Positions 1 through 12,500 of a stretch of 64,000 nucleotides of DNA are shown here, in pieces. Under the pieces are notes generated by a model. It worked only from the letters and a program-made list of their open reading frames with translations, did no database searches and was not told where the DNA came from. The translations under genes and the position numbers were made by a program. The stretch is from the human T2T-CHM13v2.0 reference genome, Homo sapiens: assembly GCF_009914755.1 (NCBI RefSeq), contig NC_060946.1; one strand, given 5' to 3'. Every line of letters starts with the position of its first letter. Within the stretch, counting starts at the first letter, position 1.

Positions 1-741
1 CAGATATCACAATGAAGATTCTGAGAATGCTTCTGTCGAGATTTTATATGAAGATATTTTCGTTTCCAACAAAATCCTGAAATCTATCCAAATATCCCCT
101 CGCAGATTCTACAAAAAGAGTGTTTCAAAACTGCTCTGTAAAAAGAAAGGTTCAACTCTGTTAGTTGAGTACACACATCACAAACAAGTTTCACAGAATG
201 CTTCTTTCTAGCTTGTAGGGGAAGATATTCCCTTTAACACCATGGGCCTCAAACCGTCTGAAACGTCCACTTCCATATACTACAAAAAGAGCGTTTCAAA
301 CCTGCTCTATGAAAGGCAATGTTCAACTCTGTGACTTGAATGCAGACATCACAGAGCAGTTTCTGAGAATGCTTCTGTCTAGGTTTTACAGGAAGATATT
401 CCCTTTTCCAACGAAATCTTCCCAGCTATCCAAATATCCACTTGCAGATTCTACAAAAAGAGTGTATCAAAACTGCTCTGTCAAAAGGAAGGTTCTTCTC
501 TGTTAGTTGAGTACATACATCATAAAGGAGTTTCTGAGAATGTTTCTGTCTAGTGGTTATGGGAAGATATTTGCTTTTTCACCTTAGGCCTCAGAGCGCT
601 CCAAATATCCACTTGCACATACTACAAAAAGAGTGCTTCAAAGCTGCTCTCTGAAACGGAATGTTCAATTCTATGAGTTGAATGCAAACATCACAAAGAC
701 GTTTCTGAGAATGCTTCTGACTAGATTTGATATGAAGATAT

Positions 742-758
742 TCCCGTTTCCAACGAAA
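742..758 (-). promoter_or_regulatory. CENP-B box (first intact copy); 4 box positions per HOR, ~188 in the window, ~179 intact by eye
   Basis: + strand TCCCGTTTCCAACGAAA is the reverse complement of TTTCGTTGGAAACGGGA, matching the consensus YTTCGTTGGAARCGGGA. Confidence 0.97.
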
Positions 759-1079
759 TCTTCAAATCTATCCAAATGTCCACTTGCAGATTCAACAAAA
801 TGAGTTTTTCAGAACTGCTCTATCAAAAGGAAGATCCACCTCTGTTAGCTGAGTTCACACATCACAAACAAGTTTATGAGAATGCTTCTGTCTAGTTTTT
901 ATTTGAAGATATTTCCTTTCTCACCATAGACCTGAAAGCTGTCCTAATGTTCACTTCCAGATACTACAGAAAGAGTGTTTCAAAACTGCTGTACGAAAGG
1001 GAATGTTCAACTCTGTGACTTGAATGCACACATCACAAAGAAGTTTCTGAGGATGCTGCTGTCTACTTTTTATACGTAA

Positions 1080-1096
1080 TCCCGTTTCCAACGAAA
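1080..1096 (-). promoter_or_regulatory. CENP-B box in the shortened dimer (context TATACGTAATCCCG)
   Basis: TCCCGTTTCCAACGAAA, 338 bp from the previous box. I saw no broken copy at this HOR position. Confidence 0.95.
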
Positions 1097-1250
1097 TCCT
1101 CCAAGCTATCCAAATATCCACTTGCAGATTCCACAGAAAGACTGTTTCAAAACTGCTCTGTCAATAGAAAGGTTCAACTCTGTTAGCTGCGTGCATATAT
1201 CCCAAAGAAGATTCTGAGATTGCTTCTGTCTAGTTTTTATGGGAAGATAT

Positions 1251-1267
1251 TTCCCTTTTCACCGTAG
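1251..1267. promoter_or_regulatory. pJalpha-box-like site of an A-type monomer (example; 4 such positions per HOR)
   Basis: TTCCCTTTTCACCGTAG occupies the box-equivalent position in alternate monomers and resembles the pJalpha motif TTCCTTTTYCACCRTAG. Other A monomers read TTCCTTTCTCACCATAG, TTGCTTTTTCACCGTAG and TTCCCTTTATCACCATGG. All are imperfect matches. Confidence 0.7.
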
Positions 1268-1421
1268 GCGTCAAGGCGCTCCAAATGTCCACTTCCAGAT
1301 ACTACAAAAAGAGTGTTTCAAACCTACTCTGTGAAAGGGAATATTCAACTCTGTGACTTGAATGCACATATCACAAAGAAGTTTCTGAGAATGCTTCTGT
1401 CGAGATTTTATATGAAGATAT

Positions 1422-1438
1422 TCCCGTTTCCAACGAAA
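1422..1438 (-). promoter_or_regulatory. CENP-B box in the TaqI-bearing monomer
   Basis: TCCCGTTTCCAACGAAA just downstream of CTGTCGAG. Confidence 0.95.
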
Positions 1439-4400
1439 TCCTGAAATCTATCCAAATATCCCCTCGCAGATTCTACAAAAAGAGTGTTTCAAAACTGTTC
1501 TGTAAAAAGAAAGGTTCAACTCTGTTAGTTGAGTACACACATCACAAACAAGTATCACAGAATGCTTCTTTCTAGCTTGTAGGGGAAGATATTCCCTTTA
1601 TCACCATGGACCTCAAACCGTCCGAAACGTCCACTTCCATATACTTCAAAAAGAGCGTTTCAAACCTGCTCTATGAAAGGCAATGTTCAACTCTGTGACT
1701 TGAATGCAGACATCACAGAGCTGTTTCTGAGAATGCTTCTGTCTAGATTTTATAGGATGATATTCCCGTTTCCAACGAAATCTTCACAGCTATCCAAATA
1801 TCCACTTGCAGATTCTACAAAAAGAGTGTATCCAAAGTGCTCTGTCAAAAGGAAGGTTCTTCTCTGTTAGGTGAGTGCATACGTCATAAAGGAGTTTCTG
1901 AGAATGTTTCTGTCTAGTGGTTATGGGAAGATATTTGCTTTTTCACCGTAGGCCTCAGAGCGCTCCAAATATCCACTTGCACATAATACAAAAAGAGTGC
2001 CTCAAAGCTGCTCTCTGAAATGGAATGTTCAACTCTATGAGTTGAATGCAAACATCACAAAGACGTTTCTGAGAATGCTTCTGTCTAGATTTGATATGAA
2101 GATATTCCCGTTTCCAACGAAATCTTCAAATCTATCCAAATGTCCACTTGCAGATTCAACAAAAAGTGTTTTTCAGAACTGCTCTATCAAAAGAAAGATC
2201 CACCTCTGTTAGCTGAGTTCACACATCCAAACAAGTTTATGAGAATGCTTCTGTCTAGTTTTTATTTGAAGATATTTCCTTTCTCACCATAGACCTGAAA
2301 GCTGTCCTAATGTTCACTTCCAGATACTACAGAAAGAGTGTTTAAAAACTGCTGTACGAAAGGGAATGTTCAACTCTGTGACTTGAATGCACACATCACA
2401 AAGAAGTTTCTGAGGATGCTGCTGTCTACTTTTTATACGTAATCCCGTTTCCAACGAAATCCTCCAAGCTATCCAAATATCCACTTGCAGATTCCACAGA
2501 AAGACTGTTTCAAAACTGCTCTGTCAATAGAAAGGTTCAACTCTGTTAGCTGCGTGCATATATCCCAAAGAAGATTCTGAGATTGCTTCTGTCTAGTTTT
2601 TATGGGAAGATATTTCCCTTTTCACCGTAGGTGTCAAGGCGCTCCAAATGTCCACTTCCAGATACTACAAAAAGAGTGTTTCAAACCTACTCTGTGAAAG
2701 CGAATATTCAACTCTGTGACTTTAATGCACATATCACAAAGAAGTTTCTGAGAATGCTTCTGTCGAGATTTTATATGAAGATATTCCCGTTTCCAAAGAA
2801 ATCCTGAAATCTATCCAAATATCCCCTCGCAGATTCTACAAAAAGAGTGTTTCAAAACTGCTCTGTAAAAAGAAAGGTTCAACTCTGTTAGTTGAGTACA
2901 CACATCACAAACAAGTTTCACAGAATGCTTCTTTCTAGCTTGTAGGGGAAGATATTCCCTTTATCACCATGGGCCTCCAACCGTCCGAAACATCCACTTC
3001 CATATACTACAAAAAGAGCGTTTCAAACCTGCTCTATGAAAGGCAATGTTCAACTCTGTGACTTGAATGCAGACATCACAGAGCAGTTTCTGAGAATGCT
3101 TCTGTCTAGATTTTATAGGAAGATATTCCCGTTTCCAACGAAATCTTCACAGCTATCCAAATATCCACTTGCAGATTCTACAAAAAGAGTGTATCAAAAC
3201 TGCTCTGTCAAAAGGAAGGTTCTTCTCTGTTAGGTGAGTGCATACGTCATAAAGGAGTTTCTGAGAATGTTTCTGTCTAGTGGTTATGGGAAGATATTTG
3301 CTTTTTCACCGTAGGCCTCAGAGCGCTCCAAATATCCACTTGCACATACTACAAAAAGAGTGCCTCAAAGCTGCTCTCTGAAACGGAATGTTCAACTCTA
3401 TGAGTTGAATGCAAACATCACAAAGACGTTTCTGAGAATGCTTCCGTCTAGATTTGATATGAAGATATTCCCGTTTCCAACGAAATCTTCAAATCTATCC
3501 AAATGTCCACTTGCAGATTCAACAAAAAGTGTTTTTCAGAACTGCTCTATCAAAAGAAAGATCCACCTCTGTTAGCTGAGTTCACACATCACAAACAAGT
3601 TTATGAGAATGCTTCTGTCTAGTTTTTATTTGAAGATATTTCCTTTCTCACCATAGACCTGAAAGCTGTCCTAATGTTCACTTCCAGATACTACAGAAAG
3701 AGTGTTTCAAAACTGCTGTACGAAAGGGAATGTTCAACTCTGTGACTTGAATGCACACATCACAAAGAAGTTTCTGAGGATGCTGCTGTCTACTTTTTAT
3801 ACGTAATCCCGTTTCCAACGAAATCCTCCAAGCTATCCAAATATCCACTTGCAGATTCCACAGAAAGACTGTTTCAAAACTGCTCTGTCAATAGAAAGGT
3901 TCAACTCTGTTAGCTGCGTGCATATATCCCAAAGAAGATTCTGAGATTCCTTCTGTCTAGTTTTTATGGGAAGATATTTCCCTTTTCACCGTAGGCGTCA
4001 AGGCGCTCCAAATGTCCACTTCCAGATACTACAAAAAGAGTGTTTCAAACCTACTCTGTGAAAGGGAATATTCAACTCTGTGACTTGAATGCACATATCA
4101 CAAAGAAGTTTCTGAGAATGCTTCTGTCGAGATTTTATATGAAGATATTCCCGTTTCCAACGAAATCCTGAAATCTATCCAAATATCCCCTCGCAGATTC
4201 TACAAAAAGAGTGTTTCAAAACTGCTCTGTAAAAAGAAAGGTTCAACTCTGTTAGTTGAGTACACACATGACAAACAAGTTTCACAGAATGCTTCTTTCT
4301 AGCTTGTAGGGGAAGATATTCCCTTTATCACCATGGTCCTCAAACCGTCCGAAACGTCCACTTCCATATACTACAAAAAGAGCGTTTCAAACCTGCTCTA

Positions 4401-7400
4401 GGAAAGGCAATGTTCAACTCTGTGACTTGAATGCAGACATCACAGAGCAGTTTCTGAGAATGCTTCTGTCTAGATTTTATAGGAAGATATTCCCGTTTCC
4501 AACGAAATCTTCACAGCTATCCAAATATCCACTTGCAGATTCTACAAAAAGAGTGTATCAAAACTGCTCTGTCAAAAGGAAGGTTCTTCTCTGTTAGGTG
4601 AGTGCATACGTCATAAAGGAGTTTCTGAGAATGTTTCTGTCTAGTGGTTATGGGAAGATATTTGCTTTTTCACCGTAGGCCTCAGAGCGCTCCAAATATC
4701 CACTTGCACATACTACAAAAAGAGTGCCGCAAAGCTGCTCTCTGAAACGGAATGTTCAACTCTATGAGTTGAATGCAAACATCACAAAGACGTTTCTGAG
4801 AATGCTTCTGTCTAGATTTGATATGAAGATATTCCCGTTTCCAACGAAATCTTCAAATCTATCCAAATGTCCACTTGCAGATTCAACAAAAAGTGTTTTT
4901 CAGAACTGCTCTATCAAAAGAAAGATCCACCTCTGTTAGCTGAGTTCACACATCACAAACAAGTTTATGAGAATGCTTCTGTCTAGTTTTTATTTGAAGA
5001 TATTTCCTTTCTCACCATAGACCTGAAAGCTGTCCTAATGTTCACTTCCAGATACTACAGAAAGAGTGTTTCAAAACTGCTGTACGAAAGGGAATGTTCA
5101 ACTCTGTGACTTGAATGCACACATCACAAAGAAGTTTCTGAGGATGCTGCTGTCTACTTTTTATACGTAATCCCGTTTCCAACGAAATCCTCCAAGCTAT
5201 CCAAATATCCACTTGCAGATTCCACAGAAAGACTGTTTCAAAACTGCTCTGTCAATAGAAAGGTTCAACTCTGTTAGCTGCGTGCATATATCCCAAAGAA
5301 GATTCTGAGATTGCTTCTGTCTAGTTTTTATGGGAAGATATTTCCCTTTTCACCGTAGGCGTCAAGGCGCTCCAAATGTCCACTTCCAGATACTACAAAA
5401 AGAGTGTTTCAAACCTACTCTGTGAAAGCGAATATTCAACTCTGTGACTTGAATGCACATATCACAAAGAAGTTTCTGAGAATGCTTCTGTCGAGATTTT
5501 ATATGAAGATATTCCCGTTTCCAACGAAATCCTGAAATCTATCCAAATATCCCCTCGCAGATTCTACAAAAAGAGTGTTTCAAAACTGCTCTGTAAAAAG
5601 AAAGGTTCAACTCTGTTAGTTGAGTACACACATCACAAACAAGTTTCACAGAATGCTTCTTTCTAGCTTGTAGGGGAAGATATTCCCTTTATCACCATGG
5701 GCCTCCAACCGTCCGAAACGTCCACTTCCATATACTACCAAAAGAGCGTTTCAAACCTGCTCTAGGAAAGGCAATGTTCAACTCTGTGACTTGAATGCAA
5801 ACATCACAGAGCAGTTTCTGAGAATGCTTCTGTCTAGATTTTATAGGAAGATATTCCCGTTTCCAACGAAATCTTCACAGCTATCCAAATATCCACTTGC
5901 AGATTCTACAAAAAGAGTGTATCAAAACTGCTCTGTCAAAAGGAAGGTTCTTCTCTGTTAGGTGAGTGCATACGTCATAAAGGAGTTTCTGAGAATGTTT
6001 CTGTCTAGTGGTTATGGGAAGATATTTGCTTTTTCACCGTAGGCCTCAGAGCGCTCCAAATATCCACTTGCACATACTACAAAAAGAGTGCCTCAAAGCT
6101 GCTCTCTGAAACGGAATGTTCAACTCTATGAGTTGAATGCAAACATCACAAAGACGTTTCTGAGAATGCTTCTGTCTAGATTTGATATGAAGATATTCCC
6201 GTTTCCAACGAAATCTTCAAATCTATCCAAATGTCCACTTGCAGATTCAACAAAAAGTGTTTTTCAGAACTGCTCTATCAAAAGAAAGATCCACCTCTGT
6301 TAGCTGAGTTCACACATCACAAACAAGTTTATGAGAATGCTTCTGTCTAGTTTTTATTTGAAGATATTTCCTTTCTCACCATAGACCTGAAAGCTGTCCT
6401 AATGTTCACTTCCAGATACTACAGAAAGAGTGTTTCAAAACTGCTGTACGAAAGGGAATGTTCAACTCTGTGACTTGAATGCACACATCACAAAGAAGTT
6501 TCTGAGGATGCTGCTGTCTACTTTTTATACGTAATCCCGTTTCCAACGAAATCCTCCAAGCTATCCAAATATCCACTTGCAGATTCCACAGAAAGACTGT
6601 TTCAAAACTGCTCTGTCAATAGAAAGGTTCAACTCTGTTAGCTGCGTGCATATATCCCAAAGAAGATTCTGAGATTGCTTCTGTCTAGTTTTTATGGGAA
6701 GATATTTCCCTTTTCACCGTAGGCGTCAAGGCGCTCCAAATGTCCACTTCCAGATACTACAAAAAGAGTGTTTCAAACCTACTCTGTGAAAGGGAATATT
6801 CAACTCTGTGACTTGAATGCACATATCACAAAGAAGTTTCTGAGAATGCTTCTGTCGAGATTTTATATGAAGATGTTCCCGTTTCCAACGAAATCCTGAA
6901 ATCTATCCAAATATCACCTCGCAGATTCTACAAAAAGAGTGTTTCAAAACTGCTCTGTAAAAAGAAAGTTTCAACTCTGTTACTTGAGTACATACATCAC
7001 AAACAAGTTTCACAGAATGCTTCTTTCTAGCTTGTAGGGGAAGATATTCCCTTTATCACCATGGTCCTCAAACCGTCCGAAACGTCCACTTCCATATACT
7101 ACAAAAAGAGCGTTTCAAACCTGCTCTAGGAAAGGCAATGTTCAACTCTGTGACTTGAATGCAGACATCACAGAGCAGTTTCTGAGAATGCTTCTGTCTA
7201 GATTTTATAGGAAGATATTCCCGTTTCCAACGAAATCTTCACAGCTATCCAAATATCCACTTGCAGATTCTACAAAAAGAGTGTATCAAAACTGCTCTGT
7301 CAAAAGGAAGGTTCTTCTCTGTTAGGTGAGTGCATACGTCATAAAGGAGTTTCTGAGAATGTTTCTGTCTAGTGGTTATGGGAAGATATTTGCTTTTTCA

Positions 7401-9529
7401 CCGTAGGCCTCAGAGCGCTCCAAATATCCACTTGCACATACTACAAAAAGAGTGCCGCAAAGCTGCTCTCTGAAACGGAATGTTCAACTCTATGAGTTGA
7501 ATGCAAACATCACAAAGACGTTTCTGAGAATGCTTCTGTCTAGATTTGATATGAAGATATTCCCGTTTCCAACGAAATCTTCAAATCTATCCAAATGTCC
7601 ACTTGCATAATCAACAAAAAGTGTTTTTCAGAACTGCTCTATCAAAAGAAAGATCCACCTCTGTTAGCTGAGTTCACACATCACAAACAAGTTTATGAGA
7701 ATGCTTCTGTCTAGTTTTTATTTGAAGATATTTCCTTTCTCACCATAGACCTGAAAGCTGTCCTAATGTTCACTTCCAGATACTACAGAAAGAGTGTTTC
7801 AAAACTGCTGTACGAAAGGGAATGTTCAACTCTGTGACTTGAATGCACACATCACAAAGAAGTTTCTGAGGATGCTGCTGTCTACTTTTTATACGTAATC
7901 CCGTTTCCAACGAAATCCTCCAAGCTATCCAAACATCCACTTGCAGATTCCACAGAAAGACTGTTTCAAAACTGCTCTGTCAATAGAAAGGTTCAACTCT
8001 GTTAGCTGCGTGCATATATCCCAAAGAAGATTCTGAGATTGCTTCTGTCTAGTTTTTATGGGAAGATATTTCCCTTTTCACCGTAGGCGTCAAGGCGCTC
8101 CAAATGTCCACTTCCAGATACTACAAAAAGAGTGTTTCAAACCTACTCTGTGAAAGCGAATATTCAACTCTGTGACTTGAATGCACATATCACAAAGAAG
8201 TTTCTGAGAATGCTTCTGTCGAGATTTTATATGAAGATATTCCCGTTTCCAACGAAATCCTGAAATCTATCCAAATATCCCCTCGCAGATTCTACAAAAA
8301 GAGTGTTTCAAAACTGCTCTGTAAAAAGAAAGGTTCAACTCTGTTAGTTGAGTACACACATCACAAACAAGTTTCACAGAATGCTTCTTTCTAGCTTGTA
8401 GGGGAAGATATTCCCTTTATCACCATGGGCCTCCAACCGTCCGAAACGTCCACTTCCATATACTACAAAAAGAGCGTTTCAAACCTGCTCTAGGAAAGGC
8501 AATGTTCAACTCTGTGACTTGAATGCAGACATCACAGAGCAGTTTCTGAGAATGCTTCTGTCTAGATTTTATAGGAAGATATTCCCGTTTCCAACGAAAT
8601 CTTCACAGCTATCCAAATATCCACTTGCAGATTCTACAAAAAGAGTGTATCAAAACTGCTCTGTCAAAAGGAAGGTTCTTCTCTGTTAGGTGAGTGCATA
8701 CGTCATAAAGGAGTTTCTGAGAATGTTTCTGTCTAGTGGTTATGGGAAGATATTTGCTTTTTCACCGTAGGCCTCAGAGCGCTCCAAATATCCACTTGCA
8801 CATACTACAAAAAGAGTGCCTCAAAGCTGCTCTTTGAAACGGAATGTTCAACTCTATGAGTTGAATGCAAACATCACAAAGACGTTTCTGAGAATGCTTC
8901 TGTCTAGATTTGATATGAAGATATTCCCGTTTCCAACGAAATCTTCAAATCTATCCAAATGTCCACTTGCAGATTCAACAAAAAGTGTTTTTCAGAACTG
9001 CTCTATCAAAAGAAAGATCCACCTCTGTTAGCTGAGTTCACACATCACAAACAAGTTTATGAGAATGCTTCTGTCTAGTTTTTATTTGAAGATATTTCCT
9101 TTCTCACCATAGACCTGAAAGCTGTCCTAATGTTCACTTCCAGATACTACAGAAAGAGTGTTTCAAAACTGCTGTATGAAAGGGAATGTTCAACTCTGTG
9201 ACTTGAATGCACACATCACAAAGAAGTTTCTGAGGATGCTGCTGTCTACTTTTTATATGTAATCCCGTTTCCAACGAAATCCTCCAAGCTATCCAAATAT
9301 CCACTTGCAGATTCCACAGAAAGACTGTTTCAAAACTGCTCTGTCAATAGAAAGGTTCAACTCTGTTAGCTGCGTGCATATATCCCAAAGAAGATTCTGA
9401 GATTGCTTCTGTCTAGTTTTTATGGGAAGATATTTCCCTTTTCACCGTAGGCGTCAAGGCGCTCCAAATGTCCACTTCCAGATACTACAAAAAGAGTGTT
9501 TCAAACCTACTCTGTGAAAGGGAATATTC

Positions 9530-12500
9530 AACTCTGTGACTTGAATGCACATATCACAAAGAAGTTTCTGAGAATGCTTCTGTCGAGATTTTATATGAAG
9601 ATATTCCCGTTTCCAACGAAATCCTGAAATCTATCCAAATATCCCCTCGCAGATTCTACAAAAAGAGTGTTTCAAAACTGCTCTGTAAAAAGAAAGGTTC
9701 AACTCTGTTAGTTGAGTACACACATCACAAACAAGTTTCACAGAATGCTTCTTTCTAGCTTGTAGGGGAAGATATTCCCTTTATCACCATGGTCCTCAAA
9801 CCGTCCGAAACGTCCACTTCCATATACTACAAAAAGAGCGTTTCAAACCTGCTCTAGGAAAGGCAATGTTCAACTCTGTGACTTGAATGCAGACATCACA
9901 GAGCAGTTTCTGAGAATGCTTCTGTCTAGATTTTATAGGAAGATATTCCCGTTTCCAACGAAATCTTCACAGCTATCCAAATATCCACTTGCAGATTCTA
10001 CAAAAAGAGTGTATCAAAACTGCTCTGTCAAAAGGAAGGTTCTTCTCTGTTAGGTGAGTGCATACGTCATAAAGGAGTTTCTGAGAATGTTTCTGTCTAG
10101 TGGTTATGGGAAGATATTTGCTTTTTCACCGTAGGCCTCAGAGCGCTCCAAATATCCACTTGCACATACTACAAAAAGAGTGCCTCAAAGCTGCTCTCTG
10201 AAACGGAATGTTCAACTCTATGAGTTGAATGCAAACATCACAAAGACGTTTCTGAGAATGCTTCTGTCTAGATTTGATATGAAGATATTCCCGTTTCCAA
10301 CGAAATCTTCAAATCTATCCAAATGTCCACTTGCATAATCAACAAAAAGTGTTTTTCAGAACTGCTGTATCAAAAGAAAGATCCACGTCTGTTAGCTGAG
10401 TTCACACATCACAAACAAGTTTATGAGAATGCTTCTGTCTAGTTTTTATTTGAAGATATTTCCTTTCTCACCATAGACCTGAAAGCTGTCCTAATGTTCA
10501 CTTCCAGATACTACAGAAAGAGTGTTTCAAAACTGCTGTACGAAAGGGAATTTTCAACTCTGTGACTTGAATGCACACATCACAAAGAAGTTTCTGAGGA
10601 TGCTGCTGTCTACTTTTTATACGTAATCCCGTTTCCAACGAAATCCTCCAAGCTATCCAAATATCCACTTGCAGATTCCACAGAAAGACTGTTTCAAAAC
10701 TGCTCTGTCAATAGAAAGGTTCAACTCTGTTAGCTGCGTGCATATATCCCAAAGAAGATTCTGAGATTGCTTCTGTCTAGTTTTTATGGGAAGATATTTC
10801 CCTTTTCACCGTAGGCGTCAAGGCGCTCCAAATGTCCACTTCCAGATACTACAAAAAGAGTGTTTCAAACCTACTCTGTGAAAGGGAATATTCAACTCTG
10901 TGACTTGAATGCACATATCACAAAGAAGTTTCTGAGAATGCTTCTGTCGAGATTTTATATGAAGATATTCCCGTTTCCAACGAAATCCTGAAATCTATCC
11001 AAATATCCCCTCGCAGATTCTACAAAAAGAGTGTTTCAAAACTGCTCTGTAAAAAGAAAGGTTCAACTCTGTTAGTTGAGTACACACATCACAAACAAGT
11101 TTCACAGAATGCTTCTTTCTAGCTTGTAGGGGAAGATATTCCCTTTATCACCGTGGTCCTCAAACCGTCCGAAACGTCCACTTCCATATACTACAAAAAG
11201 AGCGTTTCAAACCTGCTCTAGGAAAGGCAATGTTCAACTCTGTGACTTGAATGCAGACATCACAGAACAGTTTCTGAGAATGCTTCTGTCTAGATTTTAT
11301 AGGAAGATATTCCCGTTTCCAACGAAATCTTCACAGCTATCCAAATATCCACTTGCAGATTCTACAAAAAGAGTGTATCAAAACTGCTCTGTCAAAAGGA
11401 AGGTTCTTCTCTGTTAGGTGAGTGCATACGTCATAAAGGAGTTTCTGAGAATGTTTCTGTCTAGTGGTTATGGGAAGATATTTGCTTTTTCACCGTAGGC
11501 CTCAGAGCGCTCCAAATATCCACTTGCACATACTACAAAAAGAGTGCCTCAAAGCTGCTCTCTGAAACGGAATGTTCAACTCTATGAGTTGAATGCAAAC
11601 ATCACAAAGACGTTTCTGAGAATGCTTCTGTCTAGATTTGATATGAAGATATTCCCGTTTCCAACGAAATCTTCAAATCTATCCAAATGTCCACTTGCAG
11701 ATTCAACAAAAAGTGTTTTTCAGAACTGCTCTATCAAAAGAAAGATCCACCTCTGTTAGCTGAGTTCACACATCACAAACAAGTTTATGAGAATGCTTCT
11801 GTCTAGTTTTTATTTGAAGATATTTCCTTTCTCACCATAGACCTGAAAGCTGTCCTAATATTCACTTCCAGATACTACAGAAAGAGTGTTTCAAAACTGC
11901 TGTACGAAAGGGAATGTTCAACTCTGTGACTTGAATGCACACATCACAAAGAAGTTTCTGAGGATGCTGCTGTCTACTTTTTATACGTAATCCCGTTTCC
12001 AACGAAATCCTCCAAGCTATCCAAATATCCACTTGCAGATTCCACAGAAAGACTGTTTCAAAACTGCTCTGTCAATAGAAAGGTTCAACTCTGTTAGCTG
12101 CGTGCATATATCCCAAAGAAGATTCTGAGATTGCTTCTGTCTAGTTTTTATGGGAAGATATTTCCCTTTTCACCGTAGGCGTCAAGGCGCTCCAAATGTC
12201 CACTTCCAGATACTACAAAAAGAGTGTTTCAAACCTACTCTGTGAAAGCGAATATTCAACTCTGTGACTTGAATGCACATATCACAAAGAAGTTTCTGAG
12301 AATGCTTCTGTCGAGATTTTATATGAAGATATTCCCGTTTCCAACGAAATCCTGAAATCTATCCAAATATCCCCTCGCAGATTCTACAAAAAGAGTGTTT
12401 CAAAACTGCTCTGTAAAAAGAAAGGTTCAACTCTGTTAGTTGAGTACACACATCACAAACAAGTTTCACAGAATGCTTCTTTCTAGCTTGTAGGGAAAGA

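Larger units (their letters stand above)
1..2800 (-). repeat. More diverged HOR copies at the left edge of the window
   Basis: About 22 substitutions against the local consensus in 1-830, about 15 plus a 1-bp deletion in 1490-2800, and three broken CENP-B boxes (58, 400, 2785). Confidence 0.85.

Noticed and set aside
361-369. Short dyad TTCTGAGAA and similar small inverted repeats as cruciform or terminator candidates
   Set aside because: Only 4-bp arms and a general feature of alphoid monomers, so nothing specific can be supported without computation.
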